A stretch of 61,751 bases of DNA, counting the filler, from Squatina squatina (taxonomy: Eukaryota), in NCBI GenBank assembly GCA_031763465.1. It is 4 parts of 4 records of this genome, joined end to end, with 100 filler letters (N's around TTAATTAATTAA, not from the genome) between each part and the next. Parts side by side here need not be neighbours in the genome. Positions count along the whole stretch, not along the records: positions 1 to 15,080 come from JARFOE010000189.1; positions 15,181 to 32,880 come from JARFOE010000058.1; 2 more parts are not named here. The stretch is one strand, 5' to 3'. This document shows, in pieces, positions 12,822 through 25,623 of this stretch. Below the pieces are notes generated by a model that saw only the letters and a list, made by a program, of their open reading frames with translations, was not told where the DNA came from and made no database searches. The position numbers and the translations under genes were made by a program. Each line of letters opens with the position of its first letter. Position 1 is the first letter of the stretch.

Positions 12822-13959
12822 NNNNNNNNNNNNNNNNNNNNNNNNNNNNNNNNNNNNNNNNNNNNNNNNNNNNNNNNNNNNNNNNNNNNNNNNNNNNNNN
12901 NNNNNNNNNNNNNNNNNNNNNAAGCCCTCTGTTTCTACTGGCTGTAAGAGTGAAAAAGATCTCCTCAGTCCTACTGGCTGCTAGACATTCAGGCCTAGTT
13001 GGTCATGCTAAATGCATTCAAATGAAAGCAAGGCGATATGTTGCATAAGATGATTATTAAGTAATTACATTCATGTTTGCACTAAAACAAAGTTATACTA
13101 TTTGGTAAAGTCACCTATTTTAGTAAAGGAAAATTGATTATTAATTTGGTATTGGATGTCTGAATTGTGATCTGCAGTACCTTGGGTGTGTACCGCTCTT
13201 TCAATAAAATTATCCAGTTTGCTGCAAATTTGCCAGGATTTATTTTTGTAACCATGGAGATGTATATAAATAATGGCATTTATTTCTATTTCAGAATGTC
13301 TCAGATAATTATTTGGTGAGCCAGTAAAGGTTTAGGTTTTATTTTGGTTTTTGTTTGTGGCCTGTGGTGTGGATGTGGTTTTTATTTCTTCCGGTATGTT
13401 AAATGTTTTTTTTCTGTCGTTCAACCCACACCCCTATCAGAACTGTGGGTTGGTCTAAACTTCTCAGGACTCAATTTGCTAATTCTGTGATATTTCACAC
13501 ACTTGCCTTTATAATTTAGCTTCCATCATATGCTGTAGAACTTATAACAGGGTTTTTTTTCCCCTACTGAAGACCCAGCAGCTGGACTTCGATTTTTGCA
13601 TTTTATCCCATGTTTATCGATCTGCTAAAATGCCCGCCTTGGCTTCAGTGTTGACTTATTTGGCCAAATGTCACTTGCCTGGCTGAATTCTTATGACACG
13701 GAGTATTGTAAACTTAAGTTTAAAACAAATAATTATTGCACTTCCGGAGTATTAATAAATATTGAATATATATGCAGTTTAAAGCGGTTGAGAACCGCCC
13801 AATTACAACATGGCCGGTTGAATCCTGGTTGATGGTCTGTAGGGTCAGAGATAATATGGTGAATTATAGAAGCAACTGCTATCCACTCTTTACACCAGTG
13901 AGTTGGTAAAGTAAAGTCAAAGGAATCTCCCATTTTCCCTTTCTCTAAGTTTCTTTAAC

Positions 13960-14186
13960 CCATCTCCAACCACATATCTCACAATCCAAGTGCCTCCGAT
14001 TTGTTTCTGTATTGCCTATTGCACCATAACCTGGTCAAAGTCACCAATGACATCCTGTGTGACTACATTATGATGTGGTATCCATAACCTCACACAACCT
14101 TTGATAAGGTTGACCACTCTATCCTTCGCCACTGTGTCTCCTCCATGGGCCTCCTTCATAGTACTGCCCTCGCCCCATTTTGATCC
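13960..14186 (+). mobile_element. L2-clade LINE RT fragment
   Basis: CTGGTCAAAGTCACCAATGACATCCTGTGTGAC = LVKVTNDILCD, an L2 RT motif. Confidence 0.7.
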
Positions 14187-14286
14187 NNNNNNNNNNNNNN
14201 NNNNNNNNNNNNNNNNNNNNNNNNNNNNNNNNNNNNNNNNNNNNNNNNNNNNNNNNNNNNNNNNNNNNNNNNNNNNNNNNNNNNNN

Positions 14287-15023
14287 CGCGGGGCTGGGTC
14301 TACGGCCGGTTCATGTGCTACTTCGTCTTCCTGATGCAGCCCGTCACCGTGTTCGTGTCGGTCTTCACCCTGACGGTGATCGCCGTGGACCGCTACCACG
14401 CCACCGTGCACCCGCTCAAGAGGAGGCTCAGCATCCCCACCTGCGCCTACCTGCTGGCTGCCATCTGGCTGCTGGCCTGCCTGCTGGCCGCTCCGGCCCT
14501 GGTGCACACCTACTACGTGGAGTTCCACCACTTGACCATCTGCGAGGAGTTCTGGGTGGGGCTGGAGAAGCCGCGCCTGCTCTACGCCTACAGCACCCTG
14601 GTGGTCACCTACCTGCTGCCCTTCTCGGTCATCTCCCTGTCCTACCTGCGCATCTCGGTCAAGCTGAAGAACCGGGTGGTGCCCGGCCACTTGACCCGGG
14701 GCCAGGCCGAGTGGGAGCGGGCCAGGCGCAGGAAGACCTTCCGCCTGCTGGTGCTGGTGGTGGCCGTCTTCGGCCTCTGCTGGCTTCCCCTCCACCTCTT
14801 CAACGTGGTCAAGGACATCGACATCGACCTGATCGACAAGCAGTACTTCAACCTGATCCAGCTGCTGTGCCACTGGCTGGCCATGAGCTCCGCCTGCTAC
14901 AACGCCTTCATCTACGCCTGGCTCCACGACAGCTTCCGAGGGGAGCTCAAGAAGATGTTCACCTGGCGCAGCCAGAAAGTGGCTCCAACGGCGCACTGTG
15001 TCATGGCCAGCGTGGTTTTGTAA
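14287..15023 (+). CDS. PRLHR: Prolactin-releasing peptide receptor (class A GPCR); N-terminal third lost in gap
   Basis: [67 protein letters not shown] and C-terminal SVVL PDZ-type motif; intronless, high GC3; downstream of CACUL1 on the same strand as in mammals. Confidence 0.95.
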
Positions 15024-15080
15024 ATAAAGCGCAGCTCAGTAGCAAAACAACAAACCCAGACTGTCTCTTAAGCACCGATC

Positions 15081-15180
15081 NNNNNNNNNNNNNNNNNNNN
15101 NNNNNNNNNNNNNNNNNNNNNNNNTTAATTAATTAANNNNNNNNNNNNNNNNNNNNNNNNNNNNNNNNNNNNNNNNNNNN
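15081..15180. other. Artificial scaffold linker (N44-TTAATTAATTAA-N44)
   Basis: Six-frame stop spacer centred in exactly 100 nt; identical at 32881 and 48300. Confidence 0.97.
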
Positions 15181-15490
15181 GATGCAAAAAATAGCGATTG
15201 CTGGTACAGGATCCACACCTTAACCCGCCTTGGCAACGACAGGGTAAAACCCTGTTGTTGCCAATGCCTGGGGACTCGCCGGTGAGCCACCCTCCAATTC
15301 AGGGGGCGGCTCACCAGTGACGCAGAGAGGGGTCGTCCACGATGTCCCCAGCGATGAGACCATAGTGCCACCGGGCAGCCAGACCCAATTGGTGTTATGC
15401 CAAAAAAAAATTTATACGCTGCTTTCGTGCCTGGGTAGCACTGCTGATCGGCGCTACCCAGGCGCGACCACACCCAGTTCAGCCCCCCTG
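15181..15490. mobile_element. GC-rich non-autonomous DNA transposon (MITE-like) fragment
   Basis: CpG-rich, internal hairpins, ends ACCCAGTTCAGCCCCC similar to the terminus at 19191-19208. Confidence 0.45.
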
Positions 15491-16349
15491 GAACCTTGTC
15501 TTTATGGATTGCTGCTGCACTTGCTTATGCTATTCACAGCAGGCTACCAAGGGAGATGGGCTACTGATTCTAATATATTTATGGAAATGACACAATCTAG
15601 AATTGTTTTTTTAAGCTAACATTGATTTTGTACTTAAGTTGTCCATTTACTCTGTTGTTTCATTGGTGGAAGTTGGAATTCCACTCCCTATGACAGCATG
15701 AGCATTTTAATGTTCTATCTGGAGTTTAACTAATTTGGTGAGAGGGAAAACCATATCGTTAGAACAAAGGGTCTCTAACCAGCATTTGATTTATCTTTTC
15801 TCTTTCAGATGCCAGTAGTTCTGCGTGTTTCTGGCATTTTCTGTCTTTATTTCAGGTTTTGCATTTTCATATTTTAATTTTTAATCTCATCAATAAATTA
15901 ATTCTTTCTTTACTGTTAGGCACAGAAGAGAAGGGCAGAGCCAACTCCAGAAACATCCGGACGAAAAGATTGGAAAAAAATGAAGAATTGAAGTTTCTTG
16001 CTCAAATGAAGACTGCATCTCAGTTAACACGATAGTTTCTTTTTGCTGCCTTTTCTCTCTTGTATATTCATTAGAAAAATAGTCAGATGATGCAGTATAA
16101 TAAATTCTACAGAATTTTAAATGCATTCGCAAGGTACATNNNNNNNNNNNNNNNNNNNNNNNNNNNNNNNNNNNNNNNNNNNNNNNNNNNNNNNNNNNNN
16201 NNNNNNNNNNNNNNNNNNNNNNNNNNNNNNNNNNNNNNNGGACCCACCACTGAATGCTCCTGCTGAACCCATGAAAAATTCCCCCCTAAGTGCTACTTCA
16301 CAGGAAGTGCATGCAAACAAAAGATGATTAAGTTATAGCTAGATTGGCT

Positions 16350-16610
16350 TGGGCTATACGTTGACTTTAAGAGCCAAGACTACCCCTTTGTTCTCATCGC
16401 AACCTTGCCAGTTAGGGTGCTATAGTTTGCCTCAGTGCTCCGGGTTAGGGAGGGGGAAAATCAGCTTTCCAGTGATCTGTTCTGGAAATGGCATGTGCGT
16501 GGACATTGGATGAGAGTCAATAAACCTACCATCGCTCTTTGTCTAGGCCCATATATGTAGAATGAACATTTGCATTCTGATCCTACACCCCACCAAGAAG
16601 TGGAAGAGGT
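16350..16610 (+). mobile_element. Decayed tRNA-derived SINE (second family)
   Basis: GCCTCAGTGCTCCGGGTTAGGGAGGGGGAAAATCAGC...GTGCGTGGACATTGG shared with the copies at 5770 and 21210. Confidence 0.5.
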
Positions 16611-17329
16611 AAATTAGATATTTTATTAAAAAGCAAAATGAAAATATCTGGCTCTGCCGCATTTATTGCATGTAATTTGAGAGTTAGAATAAGTGTGATA
16701 TATTTGCTATTATTAATTTGATGACTTAGGGGTGGGATTTGGTGCCAATGAGTGAGGCAGGCAATAATTATTTGCTAAAATACATCATTTTACATTGTTT
16801 CTCTCAAACAAACATAATGAAAAATGCTTCAAAATATAACAAAGCGATAATAGTAAGTGGGAAAGATAATTTGTAAAGAAATTACACTGACTACTGAAGT
16901 TAATGGTATGGAACTCCATCTAAATTTACCTCATAAAGTTGAAAACAATCAGCATGTTCAAGGATTTAAATGAGGTCTAAAACAATATTGAATTGAGTTT
17001 GTTTATTGCAGTAAAATGAATCAAACTACAATTAAGTATTTGAGCCTGCTAATGTCAGACAAATATGAGCCACATAATGCAGTTATTTTATAATTAAGAA
17101 ATAATAGGCCCATAGTGAGTTTTATCCATTGATTAAGTGTCATGATTCGCATAGTTCAGCCTACTTTCTCACTAAGCACATCTTGTGGTGATCAGGTGGT
17201 TACATAAGTGAGTTTGTAGCTGTGTAAACTTTGCTAGAGTTAGGCATGGGAGATTATGAAATGACAAAGAAAATTACAGAGGAGATCAGTAGTGCTGGAT
17301 ACATCATCAGCTTTCATATATACTTTAAA

Positions 17330-17476
17330 AACTTCATTCATGGGATGTAGTCGTTGCGGGCAAGGCCAGCATTTATTGCCCATCCCTAATTGCCCTTGAG
17401 AAGATGGTGGTGAGCTGCTTTCTTGAACTGCTGCAGTCCGTGTGGTGAAGGTTCTCCCACAGTGCTGTCAGGTAGG
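17330..17476 (-). mobile_element. LINE 3' end (CR1-like family)
   Basis: Reverse complement of the 3' tail at 48460-48550 (GCTCACCACCA..TTCTCAAGGG.AATTAG.GATGGG.AATAAATGCTGGCCTTGCC). Confidence 0.75.
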
Positions 17477-18644
17477 NNNNNNNNNNNNNNNNNNNNNNNN
17501 NNNNNNNNNNNNNNNNNNNNNNNNNNNNNNNNNNNNNNNNNNNNNNNNNNNNNNNNNNNNNNNNNNNNNNNNNNNNGAAGTTTTCACCGCCCCCGGACCA
17601 CCAGCTACTTGCGTACAGATCTTTCTGGTCGGGGGCCTCCGCACACAGGAAGCCTCCGACCGGAAGTTTTGGGGCATTATCTTGTAAGATACTGTGGGGG
17701 GATGGATTTATCTGTAGGTATTCTGTCCTGCTTCAAGGATAAGAAATGGAGATGAAAAATCGTCTTCAATTTACAAATTAAAAAGACATCATCGGTAAAT
17801 GTCATGGTTTACCATACAGCATAATGAACTTATCACTGAGCACTACTATCAGTACTACTAAACTGTAATAACACTAATTACTCATATCAAATCTGCTTCA
17901 ATGTTTTTGTTTCCTTCCATGTCTTTAGGTCGTCCTGTAGAACTCCCTAGTAAAAGGCACTGGAAATTGAACTGACTGTAGTCTTGTACCAGTGCTGATC
18001 ATTGCTCAGCAATGGCTCAGAGGTGCCAGAGCAACAAAGCTTCTCAATGTCCCTCTTTCTATGAAGCAGTGTCATTTATACTGCCAGTCTGGGGCCATTT
18101 GCAGCTCACTTCCCTTTTTCAAGGCACATGTGTTCTGTGCATCTCTGAGCCTTCCAGTTCTGGAATGTAGTTATGGCTTGGAATGGCTTTCTTCCCTTAT
18201 CTTGCTCTCCAGCAAAAGAAGGCATAGGGACTGGTTATTAAGACATAAGGTTATCCTGGCTTTAATGCAGCCAAAAATGGGCCTAATCAAATAAAACTAT
18301 TGATCCTATTTTTTCCCTGTTTCTCTGGAGAAATGCTTTGTCTTCACTTGGCAACTGCTTGCAGTGGCATGGTTGAAATCAGAGCCTAACTGTGTGAGTC
18401 CCATCTCGCTGTGGTGGAGAACGTTGCAGCGTTCCTGAGAATTGGCTGTTATAAATCTGACTTTCTTTCAACACTTTTCATTTGTGCTCACCAGCAAGTT
18501 AGTTTCAGCTAACAGGCCTGCACCTAATATGAACTGAAATTTAACCTGATGCATGAACTGACTGAGGTATCATGCTAACATTCTATCCTAATACAGCTTG
18601 GGTGTACACCAAAAGTAGTATGGAACGTCCACTGTATACTCCTA

Positions 18645-19208
18645 GGGGCCGAAATTGTCCTGTTCTGCACCTCCCGTTAGCACCTACGGGAGTTGCTAAA
18701 GGGTCGCGAAACTGTTTTCGCCCAGGGGGGTGAGGTGGTGGGGCGGCAGTGCTACCAGCTCCCGTGATATTGTGTGGGAGTTAGCAGAGGTGCAAACATG
18801 GTAGCGCCGCGCTGTGCCCCGCTATTGCGCCCCAGGCTGCTGCGCCTCCGGCGATGACCTCGTCACCATGAGCGTCCCGCGGCGAACACCCTTTCCTCGT
18901 GGGCCATGAACTGGGTCAGCCTCCACTCCCGGGGCGGAAGTTAAAAGGGAGGTGCGCTGCGCTGCACGCTGCCATTTTTTTCTTCTGCCATTTCACTGGT
19001 CAGCCCATTTTCCATTGATGTCGTGTGCTCTGGGCCGCGATCATGCAGCCCACACTCCATTTGGGTGCTTGAGATTGCGTTCCATTTCCTGTGAGGGCCG
19101 GTAACCCAAATTCCATGGCCGGAGCAGGTCTTCCGCACCGGGCACAGGAAGCTCTGCCCCGACTCGGTTACCGCCCCCAAACGGGATGTAACCCAATTTC
19201 GACGCCCC
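18645..19208. mobile_element. Complete GC-rich MITE with terminal inverted repeats (PIF/Harbinger-like)
   Basis: Left end CTA|GGGGCCGAAATTG, right end CAATTTCGACGCCCC|TAA; ~560 bp, no coding capacity. Confidence 0.7.
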
Positions 19209-20049
19209 TAATCTCTCCGGTAGGTGGAAAACACGTTACTGACAGATAATATACTTTAGGCTTAACTACAGATTTTATTTATTATAACCTAAAAATCTAA
19301 ACTGAATCAAAATAAACCAGTCGAGCGAGAGAGCAATACTGTATCTGCACTGACACATTCAAATGTTTTCAGAAACCAAAATAGTAATAGTGCTTGATGT
19401 CTTGGAGAATCCTTTCCAGAATTCTTAAATTGAACCGCTTCATGCCTTACACGGAGTATATTTCTGGCAATACAGAGTTCGAGCTCACTGCCTTAATATA
19501 GTATGCTCGGACTGAGTTAACTAAATGTAAGCAGTTATTGCAAGGGCTTATGCCAAAAGAAATGTTTCATGTAGTTTCCAGACAACAACTACCTTACTTT
19601 TAGAAGATCTCCTGATACGTCAGACATTATAGATAATTGTTTTTCCGGCTCCCTTAGTTGGCCCATTTGTACATGTACTGCTTTTCAAAAGCCTGAGGTG
19701 TTTAGTCAAATAATCTGGACCTGATGCAATTAGTATGTCAATTACCCTCTTCCTGGATGTTGATTGAGCTCAAACATGCCCACAGAAAGATGCACAATGT
19801 TTGTGGTTTAATTTAAGCTTAGACTACGAAGGAAGTACTTTCAGTAGTAGCTAGCAGGACTCTATTTTAAAGTCCCAGTACATGGGCCTTGCTTCAATTT
19901 CATACGAAGATATATAGCATAGAAATATTTTATTACATGGAAGTCGCAGCCATCAAAAAGAGTGTTCCCAAAGCAAGAGAATGGCCAATGTGACCTTTAG
20001 CAAATTGTTAGTGAGTAACATTGCTATAGAGAAATTGTTTGCCTATATT

Positions 20050-20370
20050 TAAAGAAAGAAGGAAGACTTGCATCTCTATAGCACCTTCTAACTCCAAGAA
20101 GTATCTCAAAGTACTTTACGCAATGAATTACTTTTCAGAGTACAATAACTGTTGTGCTCACCAGAAAGCTAGTTTCAACTGACTTTGTGCACAGCAAGAC
20201 CTTGCAAAAGGCAATGAGGGAAACAATTAATCGGATTTTTTGATGGTGTTTGTTGAGGGTGGAAAAGTGTCCAGGACACCAGAACTCCGTATCCTCCATG
20301 GAATCTTTAATTTCCATCTGAAGTAAAGAAAAAGGCAGACAGACCCTCATGTCTCAGTCTCATCTAAAGG
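20050..20370 (-). mobile_element. Decayed DeuSINE
   Basis: AAGAAAGAAGGAAGACTTGCATCTCTATAGCACCTT tail and TTGAGGG...CCAGGACACCAGAACTCC, reverse complement of the 12510 family. Confidence 0.65.
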
Positions 20371-21209
20371 ATTTATTACTTATTGTTGTGTGTAATTGGG
20401 ATGTGCATCTGTAGCCTACCATTTAAGGTGCAACATTTCAGAATACCAGTCTGTTGTACCACAGTGCCACTCTACTGGATCGCTTACATTTGTGTCTGTT
20501 TATAATTATATCAAGGGAAAAGCTTGTCACTTGGAATAGGATTGTTGTAAAGAGCTTTAGTATGTCCAATATCTATTGTGGTTTTTTACTGAAGCAAAAA
20601 ATGGGGTCTGAAAAATTAGTTATATAGTTCATTTGACACGGACCAAAACGTTGACTGCATTAGATTATTTTCTGTCCATATACCAATTTGCTTAGTAATG
20701 AGGTTCTTGTCAAAACTGACTGTCCCTGAAAATAGGATGTGGTATAGCCAGAAGCAAAGCAGATAAATTCATTCAGGATATTTTTATAAATGCCAAAGCA
20801 TCTGTTATCATTGCAATACCTGCATCCATTCTGAATTTTATATAGAAGTAGTTCAACGGTTCACTGTGGGGGCAGCAACAAAGCAACTCCAGGTACTGAA
20901 AGGACCTATGTCCCGTGTAAAAGGTTAGTGATCTAATTGTATTTATCATGTCACCAAAGAGCATTCTGAATATGTTAATTAAAAATATCTTCATTAGAAT
21001 TCAGTTTCTTTTTTCTGGGGCAAACATGCAGTTACAGGCTCTGCAGCCACCGCCACCACCCGCTCCAGGCAGCTTAAGCTCCTCGTTTGCTTCTTTTACT
21101 GATTTTCATCCCAAATTTGGCAACTTGTAAGATTTCTTGAAATCCCATGATTTGTGTGTGTCAGTGCTTGGGTCTGTGGTTGAGAATTTTTTTAAATTTT
21201 AATTTTCAC

Positions 21210-21600
21210 CCCTTGACTCCCCTTCTCAAGGAGTTAATTCTTGCTGGGGTACAGATCCATAAGCACTGTCAGCTCTGGCACCTGACCTAACAGGCCATTT
21301 TCGTGTATAAGTCCAGGCAGTGAATATCATTAGGATGTTTGACACAAATGCCATCGCAGCCAAGCCTGATTCCATCCTCACCCAATTTTGACACATGAGG
21401 ATTTTACAGCAGGATTCCTTGAATCAGAATCTGGTTGAGTTTCTCCACCCTTCCCACGACTGCCGCCCCATCACCATTAGCCCAGGAGAATGAAAGCCCA
21501 TTGTAGCATTGCATTGCTGCCCTGGTTGAGATCAATTAACTCAGTGCACACCAGGGGTTCAGCCTGGGACTTCGTGGTTTGCATGACTCAGTAATACACT
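21210..21600 (-). mobile_element. tRNA-derived SINE (second family)
   Basis: GGTTGAGATCAATTAACTCAGTGCACACCAGGGGTTCAGCCTGGGAC...GACTCAGTA head-like region, shared with 5770 and 24321. Confidence 0.55.
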
Positions 21601-22059
21601 GTCTACTAAATATCGTGAGATATTTGTAATGTCTTCTCTGGTCTCTTCTCCAGTAATTTAACAAAAGGTACAAGCAAATAAGGAGCAGTTATGCATCCTT
21701 CCACTTAACTCTTTGAGTCACCAAAATAATGAATAGAGCTCACACTTGTAATCAACTTTTAAATAATAGTGTATCTTTTTAAAAATGTCTTATCACCACG
21801 GGGGCCTAAGTAATCTAAACTATATCTGGCAAATTTCAAACCACTTTCTTTTTCAGAGTTTCAAACTGGTTACTTTCAAAGAATCTCAATGTTGACTCTT
21901 GATTTTAAACAGAACCCTCCTTTATATTCCAAAAAGAGTTACCAGGACTTGTGGGATTTTGGGTATCTAACTATTCAAACTTAAAAAGGAGTTGTCAGTC
22001 ATAAACAAACTGAACCAATCACCCAGCATTAACGTAAGTTTGAATAGTACCTCCTTTCA

Positions 22060-22205
22060 TCCGTTATCAACGAAACTTGCAGCAGAGCTGCCATGCTTAT
22101 GTGTATCAGAACAATGACTACACTTCAAAAGTAATTTGTGTGAAGTGTTTGAAGATATTTCTCAGATGTGTTAAAGCACTATATAAATACAGGTCTTTCT
22201 TTTTC
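22060..22205 (+). mobile_element. DeuSINE/L2-type 3' tail
   Basis: ACAATGACTACACTTCAAAAGTAATT...GTTAAAGCACTATATAAATACAGGTCTTTCTTT. Confidence 0.6.
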
Positions 22206-23439
22206 CTCCTTATTTCTGTGGTTCAGTGGAGCAGAGAAGTTGAGAATGGCTCCAGTCAAAAGGGAATTACATCAGCACATCGACTTTCCTGTGATTGTGC
22301 CAACGGGGTTGANNNNNNNNNNNNNNNNNNNNNNNNNNNNNNNNNNNNNNNNNNNNNNNNNNNNNNNNNNNNNNNNNNNNNNNNNNNNNNNNNNNNNNNN
22401 NNNNNNNNNNNNATTCAAAGATCTCCAGAAACTTTTGATTTAGAAACTCTTCACTTCCACCTTGAAGAGCTGACCCTGACAGCTGCTGTGTCTCGTGGAA
22501 CTCTGTGTAACTTACCCCGAGCACAGTACCAAACCCAAGAAACTCAGAGCTGCTTTGCCACTGTCTCTAGACTTGACATGCTCAAAGTGCACCCTATAGC
22601 AACACTGGCAATGTCACAGGAGAGCTGTGGAAGCTCAAGGAAACTTGAGGGTAGCTATATAAAGGCAGAAACTGGGCTGAAATGGCTTCCACCTAAATTT
22701 CTTTGCAAAAAAAGTTTCCTATGTTGTTCCCACATGCAAAGTGCAGCAGAAACGGCGAGCAACTCCATCCCCTTCTTTTTTTGACCCTGCTGAAGGATAT
22801 CAGAAAGAAACCAGTGAAGCTGTTGATAGTCTGAGCANNNNNNNNNNTCACCCACGTGCCAGGAACACTACACATGCCGTATTGAGTGATTAATCGATGT
22901 TGCAATCGATACAGTACAACCTTAAGCTTAGTCAGCCCTCATTGAACTCTCCCAGGTGGTCTTTGGCAGATCTTTTGCATATGTGTTAATGTAGTTGGTT
23001 TCCATTGTTGGGTAATTGCCCTAGCTTGGCAGATTGGCTTCTAATAAGTTAATACTACAGTTCAAAAGTTTGAGAAGTTTCAGGTTTGGATATTTTTTTT
23101 TCACTGAACCACAGCAGACGTGGAATGATGACATGAACCCCTTAGGCGCAAACCCACATGCAATTCTAAATATGACTACAATTGGTAGGGATTGGGGTAC
23201 TACTCAGGAAAAGCTGCTATCTGTTAGCTGAAAACCCTGCAAAAAAAGCTTATTCAACTGGTTTGTCTATTTAACTCTTTCACGAACAAGTTCCAAACTA
23301 TTGTAATTTCAACTGATTTTTACAGCTAGCTGTATTTTATTGCTATTGGAAAAGACTCTATCATAAATAAAATTGCTTGGTCACTTAGTCAGATACACAA
23401 GTGTCTGGATGGACTAATACTAATTGTCCTCAGAAGTGT

Positions 23440-24190
23440 CATGGTGTGTGGTGGAAATTATATGCGCATATCCAGAGCTCCTTGGGAAAATAATCTTGGC
23501 CCAACCATCTTAGCTGTTTCACCAATGTGTTTCCCTCTGTTATGAGGTCAGGAGTGAGGCTGTTCCCTGGTGAGTCCAGAGTATTCAACTCCTCTGACAG
23601 TGAAGCCTCCCATGCCAGCCTACATAAGGACCTGGCTAACATTCAGGCCTGTGCAGACAAGTGGCAGGTAACATTCATGCCACATAATGCCACGTAATGA
23701 AAATTTTGAATAAGGGAAAGCCCAGCCATTTTCTCGTGATCTTCAATGGTGCTACCATTTCCGAGTACCCCGACTTTCAACATCTTGACGGTTACAGTTT
23801 ATCAGATCCTTAATCAAACCAGCCACTCAACGAGCTCAACACTATCCAGGACTGATCAGTTTGATTGATTGGCACCCATGTCAGCAGGCTTAATATCCAA
23901 CCACTCCATCACCAGTGCACTGTGGTTGCAGTATGTATAATCTACAGGATGCACTGCGACAGTTCACCAAGTTCACTTCAACACCTCCTGCCTCTTTTGC
24001 CACAGAGAAGGTCAAAAACAGCAATATTGTGAGGAAAGCAACATCTCCAAGCTCCCCTTTAAGTTGCACACCATCCTGACTTGGATATAGAATTGTTGTT
24101 CCTTCAATGGCACTAGACCAATATCCTGGAATTCCTTACCTCACACCATTGTGAAAGCACCGTCACCACAAGGAAAGCCACAACAGTTTT
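23440..24190 (+). mobile_element. Decayed CR1-like LINE RT/3' region
   Basis: GACCTGGCTAACATTCAGGCCTGTGCAGACAAGTGGCAGGTAACATTCATGCC = DLANIQACADKWQVTFMP; later WNSLP motif. Confidence 0.75.
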
Positions 24191-25623
24191 TCTCATTCAG
24201 GCCAGTATTTAAAATTGAAGNNNNNNNNNNNNNNNNNNNNNNNNNNNNNNNNNNNNNNNNNNNNNNNNNNNNNNNNNNNNNNNNNNNNNNNNNNNNNNNN
24301 NNNNNNNNNNNNNNNNNNNNGCTAGCTCAACATACACCAGAGATCAAGCCTAGAACCTTCCAGTGCTGATGATCTTTGCCTACCGGTCCATTATGGAGAA
24401 AAGATCATTTTAACTTCCGTCCACAACCCCAACTTATGTTTACAACATCCTTTTTACAATCTCCTTTTTCCATTGTGTTTCACGAGGTAAAGTGTTCAGA
24501 TAAGCATTTTTACATTTTCTTCTCAGATAAGATTTAAATACAAATGAACTATTACATTTCTTAGCAAACATTATATATANNNNNNNNNNAGCACAGTGTC
24601 GTTATGCATGGTAAATTAAATATGCACAATAAACATTTCAAAGAGTTTAAAAAAATCATATTTTTATTATTTAAGCTGTAGTTTCTCACAAATGTACAAC
24701 AAAATTTTCAAAATGAATATTAACTTTTAATCCGATTGATATTTTACTACTAGGTTCAATAAACAAAAAAAGTAATTTGATGTTGACTGTACATTAGGAT
24801 ACAAAGTTTATAATAAAAATGCATATTGATTATTAAATGTCTTCTGCCCACAATAAATGTAAAACAAAATCAAGAATATTAAATTGCATTCCCTGAGATT
24901 GTTCCATCATATTTATTACTAATCTATTTTGATAATCATTGTTGCTGCTTTTGGTGAGAGATAAGCTCATTGGAATCAATGTACCAGATGAATAATTTAA
25001 ATTCAATAACACTCTGTTGCCATCAATAATAAAACTGGGAAAGATGCAGTACAGCTTTAATTGAGTTTGTCAGACACTTTTCTTTATATGAACAGATCAC
25101 AGTGATTTAAATATTATATACATAGGAAGCACAACCTTTGCACAGAAAAGGGTTAAAAGCCACAGCAAGACATTGTGGCTCTTTTGCTGATTGAAAGATG
25201 AAAGGAAAGGCTCTTTTAGCAATGTGTTTACTGTAAATAGAGGCTCTGAATGCAGTGTGGCGGTCAATGGGCAAAGTTGTATTTTCACTCAATACCGCAG
25301 TTAGTAATTGAGTACAATAACGCATTAATCCTTTAATTTCATTATGTTGCAAGAAAAGCATTTCCTACATAAACGTCCCACAAGTACAAGTGTGAAAAGC
25401 TATGACTAAACCACATAGCATTGTAATAAATAAATAAACGTGCTAGCCCACTGCTCTCACCTGCTGAACCTGGCAGCTATACGGGAAGGAGATGTACTGG
25501 CGTCTTCTCTGGTACAGTGCAGTNNNNNNNNNNNNNNNNNNNNNNNNNNNNNNNNNNNNNNNNNNNNNNNNNNNNNNNNNNNNNNNNNNNNNNNNNNNNN
25601 NNNNNNNNNNNNNNNNNNNNNNN

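Noticed and set aside
14016-14996. 326-aa antisense ORF and 318-aa alternate-frame ORF over PRLHR
   Set aside because: Shadows of the high-GC3 PRLHR coding sequence, extended artificially through N gaps
22077-22784. 235-aa ORF
   Set aside because: Starts in a SINE tail, bridges an N gap, no recognisable homology
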